From: an uncultured Nitrososphaeraceae archaeon
GTDB lineage: Archaea > Thermoproteota > Nitrososphaeria > Nitrososphaerales > Nitrososphaeraceae
Assembly: GCA_963825865.1 (NCBI GenBank)
Contig: CAWGVG010000060.1
Location: forward strand, 192,001 to 256,000
Reading direction: 5' to 3'
DNA length: 64,000 nt
Under the pieces are notes generated by a model, which ran no database searches, was not told the origin of the DNA, and worked only from the letters and a program-made list of their open reading frames with translations. Shown here in pieces: positions 32,527 to 46,656 of this stretch. Position 1 is the stretch's first letter. Every line of letters begins with the position of its first letter. A program made the position numbers and the translations under genes.

Positions 32527-33789
32527 ATGATAACAACTAGTAAAAAAACAATCATTGCGATGCTGGTCACGTTGCTGGTATTATCGATAGGATTGGCAAA
32601 TACCTCTATCAAAGTAAACGGAAAGGCTCTATATGCTACAGCGGCATCAGCTAGGTCAACAAATAAACTAATAACAGCAACAGTTATACCCTCTACTACC
32701 CCATCCTCGAAATCATTGCAATCAGTGACACGCAATGTTCATCTTCAACACTCATAGTCAAAATAAAAGCTGGTAATAGTAACAATTTAACAAAAGGTCA
32801 TTCTTTTCTACTGGATACAAATCTCCACCACAACAACCCTTCCAAGGGCAAGAGCACGATAACTTCAACTTTTAAAAATGCAGTTCACAATACCGCAAAA
32901 TTTGATAGGAAAATCAATATTGCATTTATCAAACCTTCATTTACAGCAACGCAGCATATGATAATTCATTTTATGACTTTTATACATTGTACAGGATACA
33001 CCAGCAGGAAAAAGTGTTGCCACAAACCTCAATTTGCTTACAAGCAAGGTAAATACTCTGACAACAGATTCCTCATCCTCAGCACTTGCAATGCTCTATC
33101 TATCAAAAAATATCAAATCTTTACTTCCTGGATCCAATACAGTAATTTTGACTGATGCCGATGTTGATGATGGCAACATATTTACTGCTAAAAATAAATC
33201 TAATAAATACGATATTCTAATAATTGGCCACCAAGAGTACGTCACCCAGCAGGAATATGACAACCTTAAGCAATTTGTAGCAGGCGGCGGAACAATGATT
33301 GTCCTAGATGGCAATATCTTCTATGCGGAGGTAAAGTATGACAGAAACACGCAAACTGTAACCCTAGTTAAAGGCCATGGTTGGTCATTTAATGGTATGT
33401 ATGCTTTGAAGAGTGTTGCTGAGAGATGGAAAGACGAGACCTCACAATGGGTTGGCAGCAACTATCTTTGTTATCGATGCGGTATAACATTTGATAACGA
33501 TCCTTTCGAATATAAACAACATGAGGAACAATATATTACAAATCACAAAGATAGGATACTGTTCAATTATAATGCATTAATGCCAAAACAACTCAAGCTA
33601 TTATCAGCGCAACCATCATCATCAACAACAACAGCAGCAGAACAAGGAAAACATATTATCGCGACATACGAACTAAGTTATCAAAAAGGAAAAGTCATAG
33701 TCATTGGAATTTACTCAGATGACATAATAACTAATAGCAAGTTTGACAAGTATTTTTATACTCTGCTATTAAGATATGCTAAGGATTAG
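32527..33789 (+). CDS. Secreted protein with N,N-dimethylformamidase beta-subunit-like (DUF6605) domain, frameshifted
   Basis: Signal peptide and S/T linker; IAFIKPSFTA/AYDNSFYDFY; YDILIIGHQEYVTQQEYDNLKQFVAGGGTMIVLDGN. Confidence 0.7.
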
Positions 33790-33899
33790 GTAAACAATAA
33801 CAATAACAACATTATTACTTTATCAAATTTGAGTAGTTTTTTTCACGCCATACAAACTAAGATTTGCATAATGCCCCGATAACACTTTTTTTATCAACA

Positions 33900-34420
33900 C
33901 TTGTTATGTTAATATCTGGCTGTTTAATTTGAAGGAGCGGATGACGACTTTGTTGTTGTTCCATTAGATGATGAGGACGATAACACTGGCGATGATGATG
34001 ACGATGTACTACTACCAAAAGCGGGATCATAAGTAATTCCCATTGTTATTTCTTTTACTAATTTATTGTATAGTTTCTCAGCCTAGCGGCATAGCGGTGT
34101 AATGCTCAGTAAAGTAATCTTGTGATGATATGTACTGTTGTTGTTGTCGTCCTGGACCGCTGGTGGCCCAGGTAAAGAGATATTATTATTTTTATGATAA
34201 CAAATTAGAGAACTATATTTTATTGGCTCATTTCGTATTGATTCAATTAAGGAGTATAGGGCCAACCTTGAGAGTCCTTTTCCATCTGATAAAATACTAC
34301 TCACTTTATCTTTTACGGTCTGATTGATTTTCAAATATTCCTCATTATTGTTTTCAAATTGCCTTACAAGATCCTCTAGCGCTATCTTTTTTGATTGTAG
34401 GTTGGATATCTTTATTCATC
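33900..34420 (-). pseudogene. Remnant of a lineage-specific coiled-coil protein
   Basis: LEDLVRQFENNNEEYLKINQTVKDKVSSILSDGKGL.RLALYSLIESIRNEP.KYSSLI; fragmentary. Confidence 0.4.
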
Positions 34421-34603
34421 AAATCTCACGGGAAAATATCCAACTTTTCTTGCACTATTATGGTTGTATTTTATGTAGTAACGATAACTAAAATCCAACT
34501 AATATTTTCTCCTTCAATGTGAAAAACCTTGGTTGCCATTATCTATTCTCCTAATTATTAATATCCTTAGGTCTTAATGTGATAGTATTCATGTCCAGAC
34601 CAT

Positions 34604-34924
34604 CTATATAGGGGCGTAAAATGCAAGCATATCGTCTTCATTAATTGTTGTTGTTTTGCTGTAGAAATGCTTTACTGTCAAAAAACATTCCTTTTCATAT
34701 CCGAATAAAGCGGGATTTACATTTACTATAAAACTTTGTATGATACCATTACAAACCATCGTATTGATTCTTTCCTTGATAGCATTCGGAGTTATGCCAA
34801 CAATAGAAGAAATATCTCTATAGGATACTGTACAATCTCTAGAAAGGCATCTGATGATTTTGAGATCAACTGCGTCTATCTTGTCTTTTGGTTTACAAAC
34901 ATATTTTGAGCCTGCCATTTTCAA
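34604..34924 (-). pseudogene. Lrp/AsnC family regulator, C-terminally truncated
   Basis: IDAVDLKIIRCLSRDCTVSYRDISSIVGITPNAIKERINTM...II..F...VNPALFGY. Confidence 0.75.
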
Positions 34925-35064
34925 TACTTATGTTGTTTGATTTACTTGTATTACTTTATCTACTTGTTCCATTTTTTGATCTTATGTTCTTTTGTATGGC
35001 AACATGGTAATCTAATTGATTGAAAAAAGAAAAAGAATAGACTACTCCCCCTTTCCATTAATTG

Positions 35065-35511
35065 TTACCTTAGCTGTTCTTTATCAACTACTTTTATGCT
35101 TCTTTCCTTGGCTAGTATTACTGCAGTTATTGCTATATAGGCGACTTGCGCCAATTCACATGTCATATCAACTGCATCAACATCTCCACCTCTTCCAGTA
35201 ACAGGATTGCCAGGGAACCGTGTTATGACATATAATATTATAAAAGCAATATTTCCTACAATTCCTATATAATACCATATTCTTCCCCATCTCTTTATCA
35301 TAGGTAATATCCAAAATATCTGTGCAATTCCGGAACCCAGAAAGAATGTGGCTGTTGGTATATTTCCAAGCATTCTCGGATGCGAAAGTGGCATATACAG
35401 ATGTACTATTCCAGCTATTGCAGTGGCAACCGCGGCAGCAATGAACAAGTATTGGTAGTTACGAAATGAGGATCGTTGTTGTTGACTAGCAGTATTATTA
35501 TCTTTTGACAT
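35065..35511 (-). CDS. Conserved 4-TM membrane protein
   Basis: AGIVHL, FFLGSGIAQ..W, WYYIGI.GN..I.LY..TR motifs. Confidence 0.75.
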   Translation of the reverse strand: MSKDNNTASQQQRSSFRNYQYLFIAAAVATAIAGIVHLYMPLSHPRMLGNIPTATFFLGSGIAQIFWILPMIKRWGRIWYYIGIVGNIAFIILYVITRFPGNPVTGRGGDVDAVDMTCELAQVAYIAITAVILAKERSIKVVDKEQLR

Positions 35512-35574
35512 ATTGTATTCTTGTACCTGCTCTATACATATCTCTCTCAGATTCCTTATGCTGTTACTTTTCCT

Positions 35575-35811
35575 TCAATAGGCGTATTTCCAAAATGTTG
35601 ATATCATTAGTGCTAATGCATTCAACACAGCAGCATTTGTTTGAGCATATGCATCTGGTATTGCTCTGTGGTTGGTCATGTTCATTGGCAATGCTACCGA
35701 TGCAATGAGTAACGAGAGGGAAAGTAAAGCTAGGCTAATTTTTCTCATTATGATTGTATTTGTTTTCATAATCACTTTTCTATTAGGTAGTTGATTTATT
35801 GATGGAAACAT
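35575..35811 (-). pseudogene. Secreted protein N-terminal fragment
   Basis: Signal peptide ending AYAQ, then the frame degrades. Confidence 0.35.
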
Positions 35812-36110
35812 TATTCTTCCGAAATATGTCGCAAACTAGTTATTATTACTTTTAGCAATTTCGTATAGTCTTATCTTACATACTTATTGGGAGCGAGCGG
35901 AATAATTATTGATATTGATACCAAGAAATATTATCTCTCTTGGCATGATTTATTGATTGAGAAATATAGTCGTATAAAAGCAACTCATTTGGACAGCTAG
36001 CTTTATGTGAACTTCGATACTTTTCCCCACGTTCAACGGCTTGGTGTCCGAAAAGAGCACCATAGCTTGCACCGTGACTAAATACTATATAACATTACAA
36101 TATTGTTATA

Positions 36111-36582
36111 ATGGTAAAGATTACTACTCACAAGAATATCAAAACAAAAATATCAAAGATATCTGAAACAAAGGTTATGACAAGTAGTCACTATTTGTTG
36201 CTCGTCTTATCGGTGGCAGCAATCATGATTACGTACACTTCTTTTACTTCTTCTATCAATACAGCTCAGGCACAAACTGCAAATCAATCAACTTCTTCCA
36301 CTCCTCCTTCTAACGCATCATCCAATCTCGGGAACGTTACCAATCTGAGTGATGCTGTAACAATAGCTCAAAAAGCGGTAAGTACAAACACTTCAGCTAC
36401 TTCAGCTTTCATTCGTTCGCTAAATGGGTATTTGGTATATGATGTGCATGTGAGGAATAATAGCAACAACACAACCGCTGCTTATAGTGGATGCAGAAAA
36501 TGGAAAAGTTCTCTATAAGCAGTCACCGCCATCATTGGTATTTGGTGATTTTGGTTCTGGCCATTATGGTATGTTTGGTTAA
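36111..36582 (+). CDS. Secreted PepSY-domain protein, frameshifted
   Basis: Signal peptide; LSDAVTIAQKAV..LNGYLVYDVHV../IVDAENGKVLY. Confidence 0.7.
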
Positions 36583-37417
36583 GGTAAAATGGCACCATTT
36601 TCTGAAGGAAAAATCTCTATAAATCATGAAATTTATGGCCATTCAATCCTTGTCACCTTATTGTGTTGACTGTGTCAATCTCATTTTTGGATGCACTTTT
36701 CCACAAGTCCTGGACTGAACAATTGACTTGAATCGCGACATTTTTTCAAAATAAACACAGATTGATTCAAGATATTCAGTTTGCTTCAGGATTAGCTCAG
36801 GATTGTTGATTTTGCCATAATCTAATGGATCTGAGCTAATTAACATGTGCAAAGGCTAAGATTATACCAAGAGAAGGAGGTCTTGTTCAACATGTTTACT
36901 ACCTTTATTAGTTCTGGTCGTTTTTCGTCCAAATCATTGAGAACCTTTGTTTCGATATCTATTGAAAGGACCTGCATTTGCTTTTCTTGAGGATATACAC
37001 TTATTCAATGAGAAATTGACTGACATGTGTATTTTCGATTGGTTGTTCTGACTAAGAAAAAGTATTGATGAAAGTTAATTGGTTATTCATGGCCCCCTCT
37101 CCCTTTACCTTGAGTACTCTCTTATCTATATACTGAGTGTGTGAACTGAGAATATGCAAATTAAAGACAAAACAATCTCTAGCCGGATAGAAAAATCTAT
37201 TGATGAAAGTTTATACGAAATTATCGAATTCAATGAAAGTGAACCAATAATATTTCAAAAAGATAAGAAAAAGAAACAGCAACAGTTATGTAAAACTGCA
37301 AAGAATGAAAGTAATAAGGAAGTTATACTCGTAATACCTAGCGAGTTCACAAGTAGAAGGATTAATAATTAGAGAAACTATAGCTAGGAATATTTCTTCA
37401 ATAATAGAATAAGGATT

Positions 37418-38764
37418 GTGTTAATGCCGTCTGATAAAGCAGCAGCTATTTCTTATTTAAAATTTCCATTTTACCTTAAGAAAAATCAGCTGGAAGCTGT
37501 AGATGCATGGATTTCTAATGGTTCGAGAGGTTCAATCATATATTGTAGTGGTACAGGCAAGACAGAAATAGCCTTTGAGTGTGCAAGGAAAACAGCAGGC
37601 AGCAGGAGCTGGTATTGCTGCTATTACTACTTTTAATATTCTATATCTGGTTCCACGCATTGTATTAATCAACCAGAACTATGAAAGACTCCTAAAATAC
37701 GGCATACCAGAAGAAAGCATAGGAGTATATTTTGGAGAGCGAAAAGATGTCAAAGAAATAACAATAAGCACTTACCAGAGCATAATCAACAATCTTGATC
37801 TTATACGTAAATCTGACATGGTAATATTTGATGAAGTGCATTTGGTAAGCGATACAGCCAAGTCATTTAGCAAGATATTTGATGTAGTGGTAGAGGATCA
37901 TGGCAAAGCTATCTTGGGATTGACTGCTACAATACAAGATGAAGATTCCAGGTACAATACCATTCTGACCGTATTGCCGCCAGTCAAAAAATATAGGATA
38001 ATCGATGCCATTAAAATGGTAGACTTGTAGGGCCTATTGTTATTCCCTTAAAGGTAAAGTTGACAGATAAAGAACAAAAAATCTATGACACTTGTTCCAC
38101 TAAAATTAAGAATATCTCAAACCGTTTTAAGAGATATGATGTCAAAGCAATGTCCCTACTACTAAAGAAAGGTGGCTTTCCATCATGGATGGCTAAGGCA
38201 TGGTTCCTAAATATTCGCAAGAGAAAGGTGTTATTGAGTTGTGCAGAAAATAAAATATTAGCAACAGTTGATTTGATTATAAAAAAGCATCCACGCCAAA
38301 GGGTTATGGTATTTAGCGAAACTCTGGATTCTATCAGCAAATTAAGAGCTAAACTACAAGCTGAAGGTATAATCTCTAAGGTCATTGATAGCAAGATAAA
38401 TTTTACAGACAGACAAAATATCCTATCTAAATGGGGTAGAGAATTTTGTCCTCTTTTATCAGTACATACTTTGGAAATAGGCTACGATGTTCCGCAGGTT
38501 GGAATAGAGGTTATTTTAGCAACCACATCAAATATGAACCAAGCAATTCAGAGAATAGGCAGAGTAATACGAAAATATGAAGGAAAAGATTCAGCATTCA
38601 TCTACGTTGTATATGTTTCAGATACTAAGGACGATAATATATTAGAAGTAGTAAGAAAGGCTATAGAAACAACAGGGAAAGAAATAGGAGATAAAGAAAG
38701 AGCAGCAGAAGTAGCAGGCATAATAACTAAAGAGATAATACAACATCCTTCAAAGAGAAGATAG
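37418..38764 (+). CDS. XPB/Rad25-like SF2 helicase, frameshifted
   Basis: LKKNQLEAV, SGTGKT, LVPRIVL, STYQS, DEVH, LGLTAT, MVFSE, LEIGYDVP, QRIGRVIR across three ORFs; 37154-37372 may be its N-terminus. Confidence 0.85.
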
Positions 38765-38860
38765 CATTACAACCGATCTAGATATACGTGCATTAAGCCC
38801 TCATTTATGAGATTCACTCTCCCCCTCTCCTAACAGTACGTCACATGTTATTAGCAAATT

Positions 38861-39265
38861 TTGCTAAGTTATATGTCCATGTCAACAACTACAACAATTC
38901 AAGCGGAAGCATCTAAACCGCAAAAAAAGATGCAAGAATGTAACAGATGTAAGGCGGCAGGATTTCCTAATCAGCTAATAGGCTTTGAAAAGATAGGAGA
39001 AGATCCTGTAACAGGTAAAATCAACTGGAAATTAATTGACGAGAATGGTGAACAGCATAAACACAAAAGCAATAACCAGGATGATTATTCCTCATCGAAT
39101 CGAAATGAAAAGCCTGTTTCCCAGCGTAGACGAGTTGTAGATTTATCGACTGTGACTGATGTAGAAGAGGCAAGGAAGCTGCTTTCATCAGGATGGGAAT
39201 ACAAAACCTCATATGCTGCCAACGATCGCTAATATACCGCATTATGTACTGGTGAAGAGAGAATA
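38861..39265 (+). CDS. Hypothetical protein with CxxC...HxH putative zinc site; frameshift near C-terminus
   Basis: ECNRCKAAG..WKLIDENGEQHKHK; tail LSSGWEYKTSY/ATIANIPHYVLVKRE. Confidence 0.6.
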
Positions 39266-39611
39266 ATTTGTGGTAATACGCCCATTTACATTTTATTATT
39301 TTGCTATTAGATGACAAAACTCTTCGTTATCCTCTCTTGGAAAAGTAGATGACTTATGTGTGGTGTGGTATGGTGGCTGTCTGGATTGTAAGTAATTATG
39401 AAAAGCTATTGATTAAAGGGGCAGAAGCAAAAATGAACTTTTATAAATGGTTTTTTCATAGAAGAGCATCTGCCGCAATATGATATTTAAGGAAATTATA
39501 TGAAAATGATAATGTAGTTGCGGTTGGTGTTGGTGATTAAGTTCTTCATGATTTTACGATGGTTTGACTATCAGTATGTTTTAATATTTTATGGAGCTTT
39601 AGTAGTAATGG

Positions 39612-40160
39612 ATGAACGCTGATAGAAACCAAAATAGAAATAAGGAGAAGGATGTCTCACTTAATGACAAAGAAAGTAAAGAAAGTGATGAAGAAGAAAA
39701 AGAAGGAGCTGTAAAAAGCTCTGCTCATACAGCGGAAAGAAATGTAATGGATACTGCAGATGTATCTAGAGCAAGCATAGCTAAAGGAATAAGAGCTCCA
39801 GAAGATGTTTCTGCTGCAGATATAGTTAAAGGAACATTAAGTTCAGATGACGTAATTTCATATTCTACAGGAATTAGACCTGAAGATGGCAAGGTAATAG
39901 ATCCCGATAAAGAGGTAAGCATTGCCAAACATCTGAATAAAGATATAATAACAAATACAGAAGATGTATCTAAAGTTGCTAGTAGTGGAACTTCATCAAC
40001 AACAGAATCTGGCGGCATTGATAGAGCAGGCATATATTCAGATGATGGTACCAGGCATATAGATAGAGCTCAAAATACACCAACAGAAATAGTAGATGAT
40101 AAACAGACAGGCTCTTGGAAAATCAAAGAAAAGGATGAGAAGAGAAGAGCAAAAGAGTGA
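39612..40160 (+). CDS. Acidic hydrophilic hypothetical protein
   Basis: 182-aa ORF, D/E/K/S-rich with few aromatics. Confidence 0.65.
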   Translation: MNADRNQNRNKEKDVSLNDKESKESDEEEKEGAVKSSAHTAERNVMDTADVSRASIAKGIRAPEDVSAADIVKGTLSSDDVISYSTGIRPEDGKVIDPDKEVSIAKHLNKDIITNTEDVSKVASSGTSSTTESGGIDRAGIYSDDGTRHIDRAQNTPTEIVDDKQTGSWKIKEKDEKRRAKE

Positions 40161-40199
40161 GGTATTGGTGTTTCCTAGCATTTCCTCATTCTTATCAAG

Positions 40200-40705
40200 C
40201 CGGCACTTTGACCACTCTCTCAAGGTAGAAGCGGCTGATGTTACTAGCGAATCTCATCAAGGCAGTCCTCCACAGCAAAGTGTCCTGAATCAAGCCTGTA
40301 CATCTCGGCATCTCGTAGATCCTTCAGGTAAGCTTCGCCTCCTTCTCTGGTAAAGAATATGTCGTTCTGTCCCCAGAAAATCAATGACTTTGGCTGTCTG
40401 TCCTGTAAGAACTTTGCCATTTCAGGTACAGTGCCACGTTAGTACGGTAGTCGTAGAACAAGTCTATCTGCTCGAATAAGCGGTCGAATCCTAGTTTACC
40501 TAAATTGTATATGATTGCTGAAGATTCAAATCGCTTTGATAACATTTGAATTGTTGTAAAGAATATTGGAATGTTTGATTTGCGTGCCAATTCTACAATT
40601 GAGTTCAGATTCCTACTAAATTCTTCTTTATTAAAAATCATTTTTGCCAACGCACGTAGTACATCCCATACCACTAATGCTGTATGCGAAGGAGATAGGA
40701 TTCTT
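40200..40705 (-). pseudogene. Chimeric remnant: isochorismatase N-terminus joined to alpha/beta-hydrolase C-terminus
   Basis: LSPSHTALVVWDV..ARKSNIPIFFT..FEQ | IDLFYDYRTNVALY.KWQ/LQDRQPKSLIFWGQNDIFF..GGEAYLKDL..LDSGHFAVED. Confidence 0.7.
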
Positions 40706-40929
40706 CAATAGTATTATAGACTATTTTATCTCCAATCTTTTGCATGTTATATTATGTGCACACCATGAAAAAATAGGTAGTCAAAGTATTTATCTAGAGT
40801 GCAAGCATGGCTAAAAATATTTTTCCCGGTTACTTTGCGCTCATCGACTTTAAGGCTGACAACCACTTTGAGCTGCTTTGCTAATAAGCCAATTTCAATA
40901 GATACTTTGGCCAAGTTATTAAATAACAT

Positions 40930-41060
40930 CTGTTATCTTCTAATAGTTCCATGCCAGCAATAATTGGCATAATTGGAGTGCGTAACTCATGAGCTGCTAT
41001 ATTTATGAATTCATCCTTAACACGATCGGTTAGTTTAAGCTGTTCTACTAAATTGCTTTG
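40930..41060 (-). pseudogene. Histidine kinase HisKA fragment
   Basis: QLKLTDRVKDEFINIAAHELRTPIMPII (H-box); ATPase domain absent. Confidence 0.75.
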
Positions 41061-41243
41061 CTCGCCAGAGACTATCAAATATAGAAGCAAAAGATAATGC
41101 AATTGGTTCGCTATTTGAATAAATTGTAATATTGCAAAGCTCTAATACAGTAATAATTAAGGTGCTACCAGACCAGAGGTTTCCTGGTCCCTAAAATATC
41201 AAAGGTTAAGAATTACAATTTTTGCTTAAATTTATAACCTTTA

Positions 41244-42182
41244 TTGGTTTTAAAAGCAAAATATCTTAGTAATGGTTTCAATATGCAAATAGCTGCCATA
41301 CTGTCTGATTATGATGGAACTCTATGCCCCACTGGCTCTCTTAGATGCCAAGGCAAAAGTGTTATACCAAAAAATTTAGAGGATATCTTATCGGACATTT
41401 CAGATAAGATTCCTGTTTGTATTGTGTCAAGTAAGGATTTTAGTTTTCTACATGCTAGAGCAAAATTTGCCAAAATTATTTCTTGTATTTTAGGTATCGA
41501 AACCCTTACTCTGAAAAACCATAAACAGGGAGCAATGATGAATGTTAGTCGTAGTATTGATAGTTTAAAATGTAGTGAAAATTTAGATTGTATAGAATCC
41601 CGTCATCTGTTGTCAAACGATAAAATATTGCAGGTTAACTCAAGATTGTTATCTAGCATAGCAAAAGAGATATTGCTGAACTTCAATCAAACAATAACAG
41701 TTGAGCGAAAATTTACTAGTGATAAACAAATCTTGGCAGGACTTACGATAGATTGGAGAAATATAAAAGACTGGAAATCTTTTAAAGTAGAATCGGAACC
41801 ACACTTAAAAAAACTGATAAGGAAAAAGCAACAAGAAATATCTCCTAATAATAGATGTAAGATGCATATTCAGACCTATACTACTCATCCTTTCATTGAT
41901 GTGTATGCTGCGAAATGTGATAAGGGTATGGCATTTGATTTTATTACTTCCCAGATTCCAACCTCAATAGAAGGAAAACCACTGAATATAATGTATTTGG
42001 GCGATTCAGAGAATGACAATCCTGCATTTAGAAAGGCGGCGGTTTCAATTGGTGTACATTCTGATATTAGATTAAAACCAAAATTAAGTTGCAAATATAA
42101 TATTTGCTTTGACGAGCTCCCAATATTGCTAAAAGACCTTCTGGATAAGGATCTTCAATTCTCAGATACTATAAATACATAA
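41244..42182 (+). CDS. HAD-superfamily (IIB-like) phosphatase, trehalose-phosphatase-like
   Basis: DYDGTL, IVSSK, DKG, YLGDSENDNPAF; probable start Met 41283. Confidence 0.85.
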   Translation: MVLKAKYLSNGFNMQIAAILSDYDGTLCPTGSLRCQGKSVIPKNLEDILSDISDKIPVCIVSSKDFSFLHARAKFAKIISCILGIETLTLKNHKQGAMMNVSRSIDSLKCSENLDCIESRHLLSNDKILQVNSRLLSSIAKEILLNFNQTITVERKFTSDKQILAGLTIDWRNIKDWKSFKVESEPHLKKLIRKKQQEISPNNRCKMHIQTYTTHPFIDVYAAKCDKGMAFDFITSQIPTSIEGKPLNIMYLGDSENDNPAFRKAAVSIGVHSDIRLKPKLSCKYNICFDELPILLKDLLDKDLQFSDTINT

Positions 42183-42573
42183 AAAAAAGGACTTTCTACA
42201 ATTGGCCTATTACAAAGCTTTGACGCGATAGAAAAAGTGTGGTTTCTTCAGAACCATGAATAGATTATATTATGACTTCTAAAGTCTTCCATTGCAGCAG
42301 ATTATCAACCGGCTATAGCATAAGCAAACTCTTTTGTTTCTAATATATTATCTCTCAGTATTATACTCTTTTTTGATACATGTGCTTAATAGATAATATT
42401 ACTATAATATAATAATGATATATTTAAAAAAATTCTGAGGGGATTTGTAGACTTGCTATTTCATTTCGACGCAATCAAATAAAATTAAATAGTGCTCCTT
42501 CTATAATGCTATTCGTAAAAAGTAAAATCTATGAGTTATGCTGCATTTCACTTCTTGGATAAGATCAATAACT

Positions 42574-42964
42574 ATGTCAAAAGACTCTTCGTCTCAGAAT
42601 AAATTCAGTTCAAGCCAGATTATATCACAACAGGCAACATCATCAAAAGACTTATGAAGTTACCGACAGTTAGTGCACGGTATATAGAGTTAAATGAGTT
42701 TACTGGCTCTGATGTTCATAGAGGTTATTTCTGTTACAACTGTGTATCTTTTTTGAAGCCAAATCATTGCAGTATTGTTACAGATGAGGGAGTGGATATA
42801 CTAGGATACTAGGACAGTCCTGTGATGTCATTGCACCCCATGGAATATGCGCTCTATGGACCCCAAACAAGAATGAAATACATGCAAATGACAAATACTA
42901 TATCAACATACCAAAAGCAATGTGGCCTGACGTGCAACCGTATTACCAGATCAAGGCGAACTGA
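42574..42964 (+). pseudogene. Paralog of the 2303-2593 HiPIP-like protein, disrupted (not in ORF track)
   Basis: MKLPTVSARYIELNEFTGSDVHRGYFCYNCVSFLKPNHCSIVTDEGVDILG[8-bp duplication]QSCDVIAPHGICALWTPNK. Confidence 0.8.
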
Positions 42965-43148
42965 AGGCAATAGTGGCGTTCCTTAAATGGAGCAACGATT
43001 GTCCTTGTTAGGAGGACTACCCCCTTTTTTTGACATGGTATATTCATAAACGTTAGATTTAACCATTCGTCCGACGAATTGATACAGTTTAGAAAATTAG
43101 TTTATCCGACGTTAATGCGACAGAACCAAAAAAATAGATACACATATA

Positions 43149-43804
43149 CTACAATATTTTAGTACTTCCATCAGGATATCTAATCATTACGTTTTCCTTT
43201 TTAGTATTAATATTAATTTTCTTATTTTCGGTAACTTTATTCTTGCTCATTACTAATTCTCCGAGTTTTACTATTCTTTTGCTAATTACTATTTCCTCAC
43301 CTAAAATGGGGATTACTTTTTTAGCAGTTGCTTTATGGTTTATACTATTACTGCTAGTATCATCATTATTCTTTCCATCATCATCAAGTAATGGAACCAA
43401 TTCTCTTTTAGTTTCATTTTGACTTGTTATTGAATATTGCTTCTTTTGACTATCATCCATATCTTCAAAACTCTGAATTATTCGTTTATTCAATTCAGAT
43501 AATACATTATCGTCTTTCCCACGTGATTTAATATTTTTATCATTAATGTACACTTCTTCAATAGATACAGGTACATCGATATTTTTAGTTACAATAACCC
43601 ATTTTTTTCTATTTTTACATTTTCGGTAACAGTTTTCTTTGAAATGGAAAACTGTTCTTCTATAACTGGAATGGTGTTAACATCCTGCGATGATTTCTTC
43701 TGCTCATTACGTAACTCTTTGGGATAATTATTGTCATTAGTTTTGTTCATCTTCTCCTTTTTCTTTCTTTCTAATGCTTTTATTTCATTTAGATTTTTTG
43801 CCAT
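43149..43804 (-). CDS. YsnF/AvaK (DUF2382) domain protein, frameshifted
   Basis: IPVIEEQFSISKK..VKIEK/..IDVPVSIEEVYIN..IPILGEEIVISKR..GELV..K. Confidence 0.75.
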
Positions 43805-43921
43805 TTCTATGAATACTATAGTGATCTATTGGTTATAATAGTTGAAAACTATCGGATAAAAAAATACTAGTCTAATAATGGGTACGGATTAATAATTCAC
43901 AAAAGGTTTTAGTCCTTATCA

Positions 43922-44662
43922 CTACTGCTTTTTCACTTCGTCTGCTACTACTTCCTCCCCATTAGCGTTTCTAACACTGACTTTTTCACTTGTTACCTGT
44001 TCAGTTATTTTTTTAGTCTCAGTAACAGCTTTTTTCCTTATCACTATTTCTTCTTTTATATATGGTTTCTTTGAAACCACCACATCTTCTCTCTTTAACG
44101 GTATATTAATCTCTGTTTTAGATTGCGTTATTTCGTGAGATGATGATGACGACTTGGCTGGTACTGTTGAAATTGTTGATGATTCCGTCGCCTTGTCTGC
44201 TTCTGCTACCGATCTCCTTTCAATAATTAACTCTTCATGTGTTAACTCTACTTCTACTGTCTTAGTTTCCTTTACTGGTTTCTTTATAACTTTTGCTTGT
44301 ACTACAGATTCTTTTTTAGACACCTCCAACCTTTCCTCAGTTACGGGAATGGGGCTTTCAGGATCTCTTGTTTGAACTTTTGATCTCTCTCCTCCTCCTT
44401 CAGCTGCTTGCTGCTGATGTGTTAGCGATAAATTTCTCTTTTGCTTCTTCCTCTGTGATTTCAAAAAGTAAAATCCGACCATTATATCCATGTGGAATAG
44501 ACTTTGGAATGCAAAACTTTTCCTTGCTTATAGTTCCTTTTTGTGTAAGAACATAATTTTCATTTACCTGTTGTACTTCTCCTAAGTCTGCTAAGACCTC
44601 TCAGCTTCTTTCTTCATAACTTCGTTCCAGTCTGTAACATGACCAAAAGTACTGTTTTCCAT
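43922..44662 (-). CDS. YsnF/AvaK (DUF2382) domain protein with N-terminal PRC-barrel-like region, frameshifted
   Basis: IPVTEERLEVSKK..VEVELTHEELIIERR..IPLKREDVVVSKKPYIKEEIVIRKK; N-terminus DWNEVMKKEA/LGEVQQVNENYVLTQKG..KEKFCIPK. Confidence 0.8.
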
Positions 44663-44840
44663 ATTATCGAAGCGATATTATATTCTGTTACATATGATAT
44701 AATGCTTCTTAATAATTTTCAGTTTAGCCGATGCAATATAGAGAGTATAATAATAATACGCCACTAATTTATCTACAGGGACTGATAAGAATTTTTAGCA
44801 TAGTTATTTTAAACTTAAAGAGCAATTAGACATTGTATCG

Positions 44841-46347
<1,507 letters not shown>

Positions 46348-46656
46348 ATTTATTTTTTTTCTACAAATAAAGGAACAATTGTGTCGTCTGCTGTGTTTAT
46401 ATCATACTTGCTTGCAACATTAATTTCAGACTAATTTTATGGTCATATAAATAGTGTCCTTTAAGATGATCGTTTATACTTGTAGGACCTTGTTTTTTTG
46501 TGATCAAAGATTTCAAAACCTTGGAAATAACATATTAAAGTTGACAGCAAGGATAATAAAAAATATAACGCCACTAAATATTGCATTTCGAAAATTAAAA
46601 TATGTAATCAATACATGCAAGCTTTATGTATTTTTGTTATCTAATAGTATCATAGT

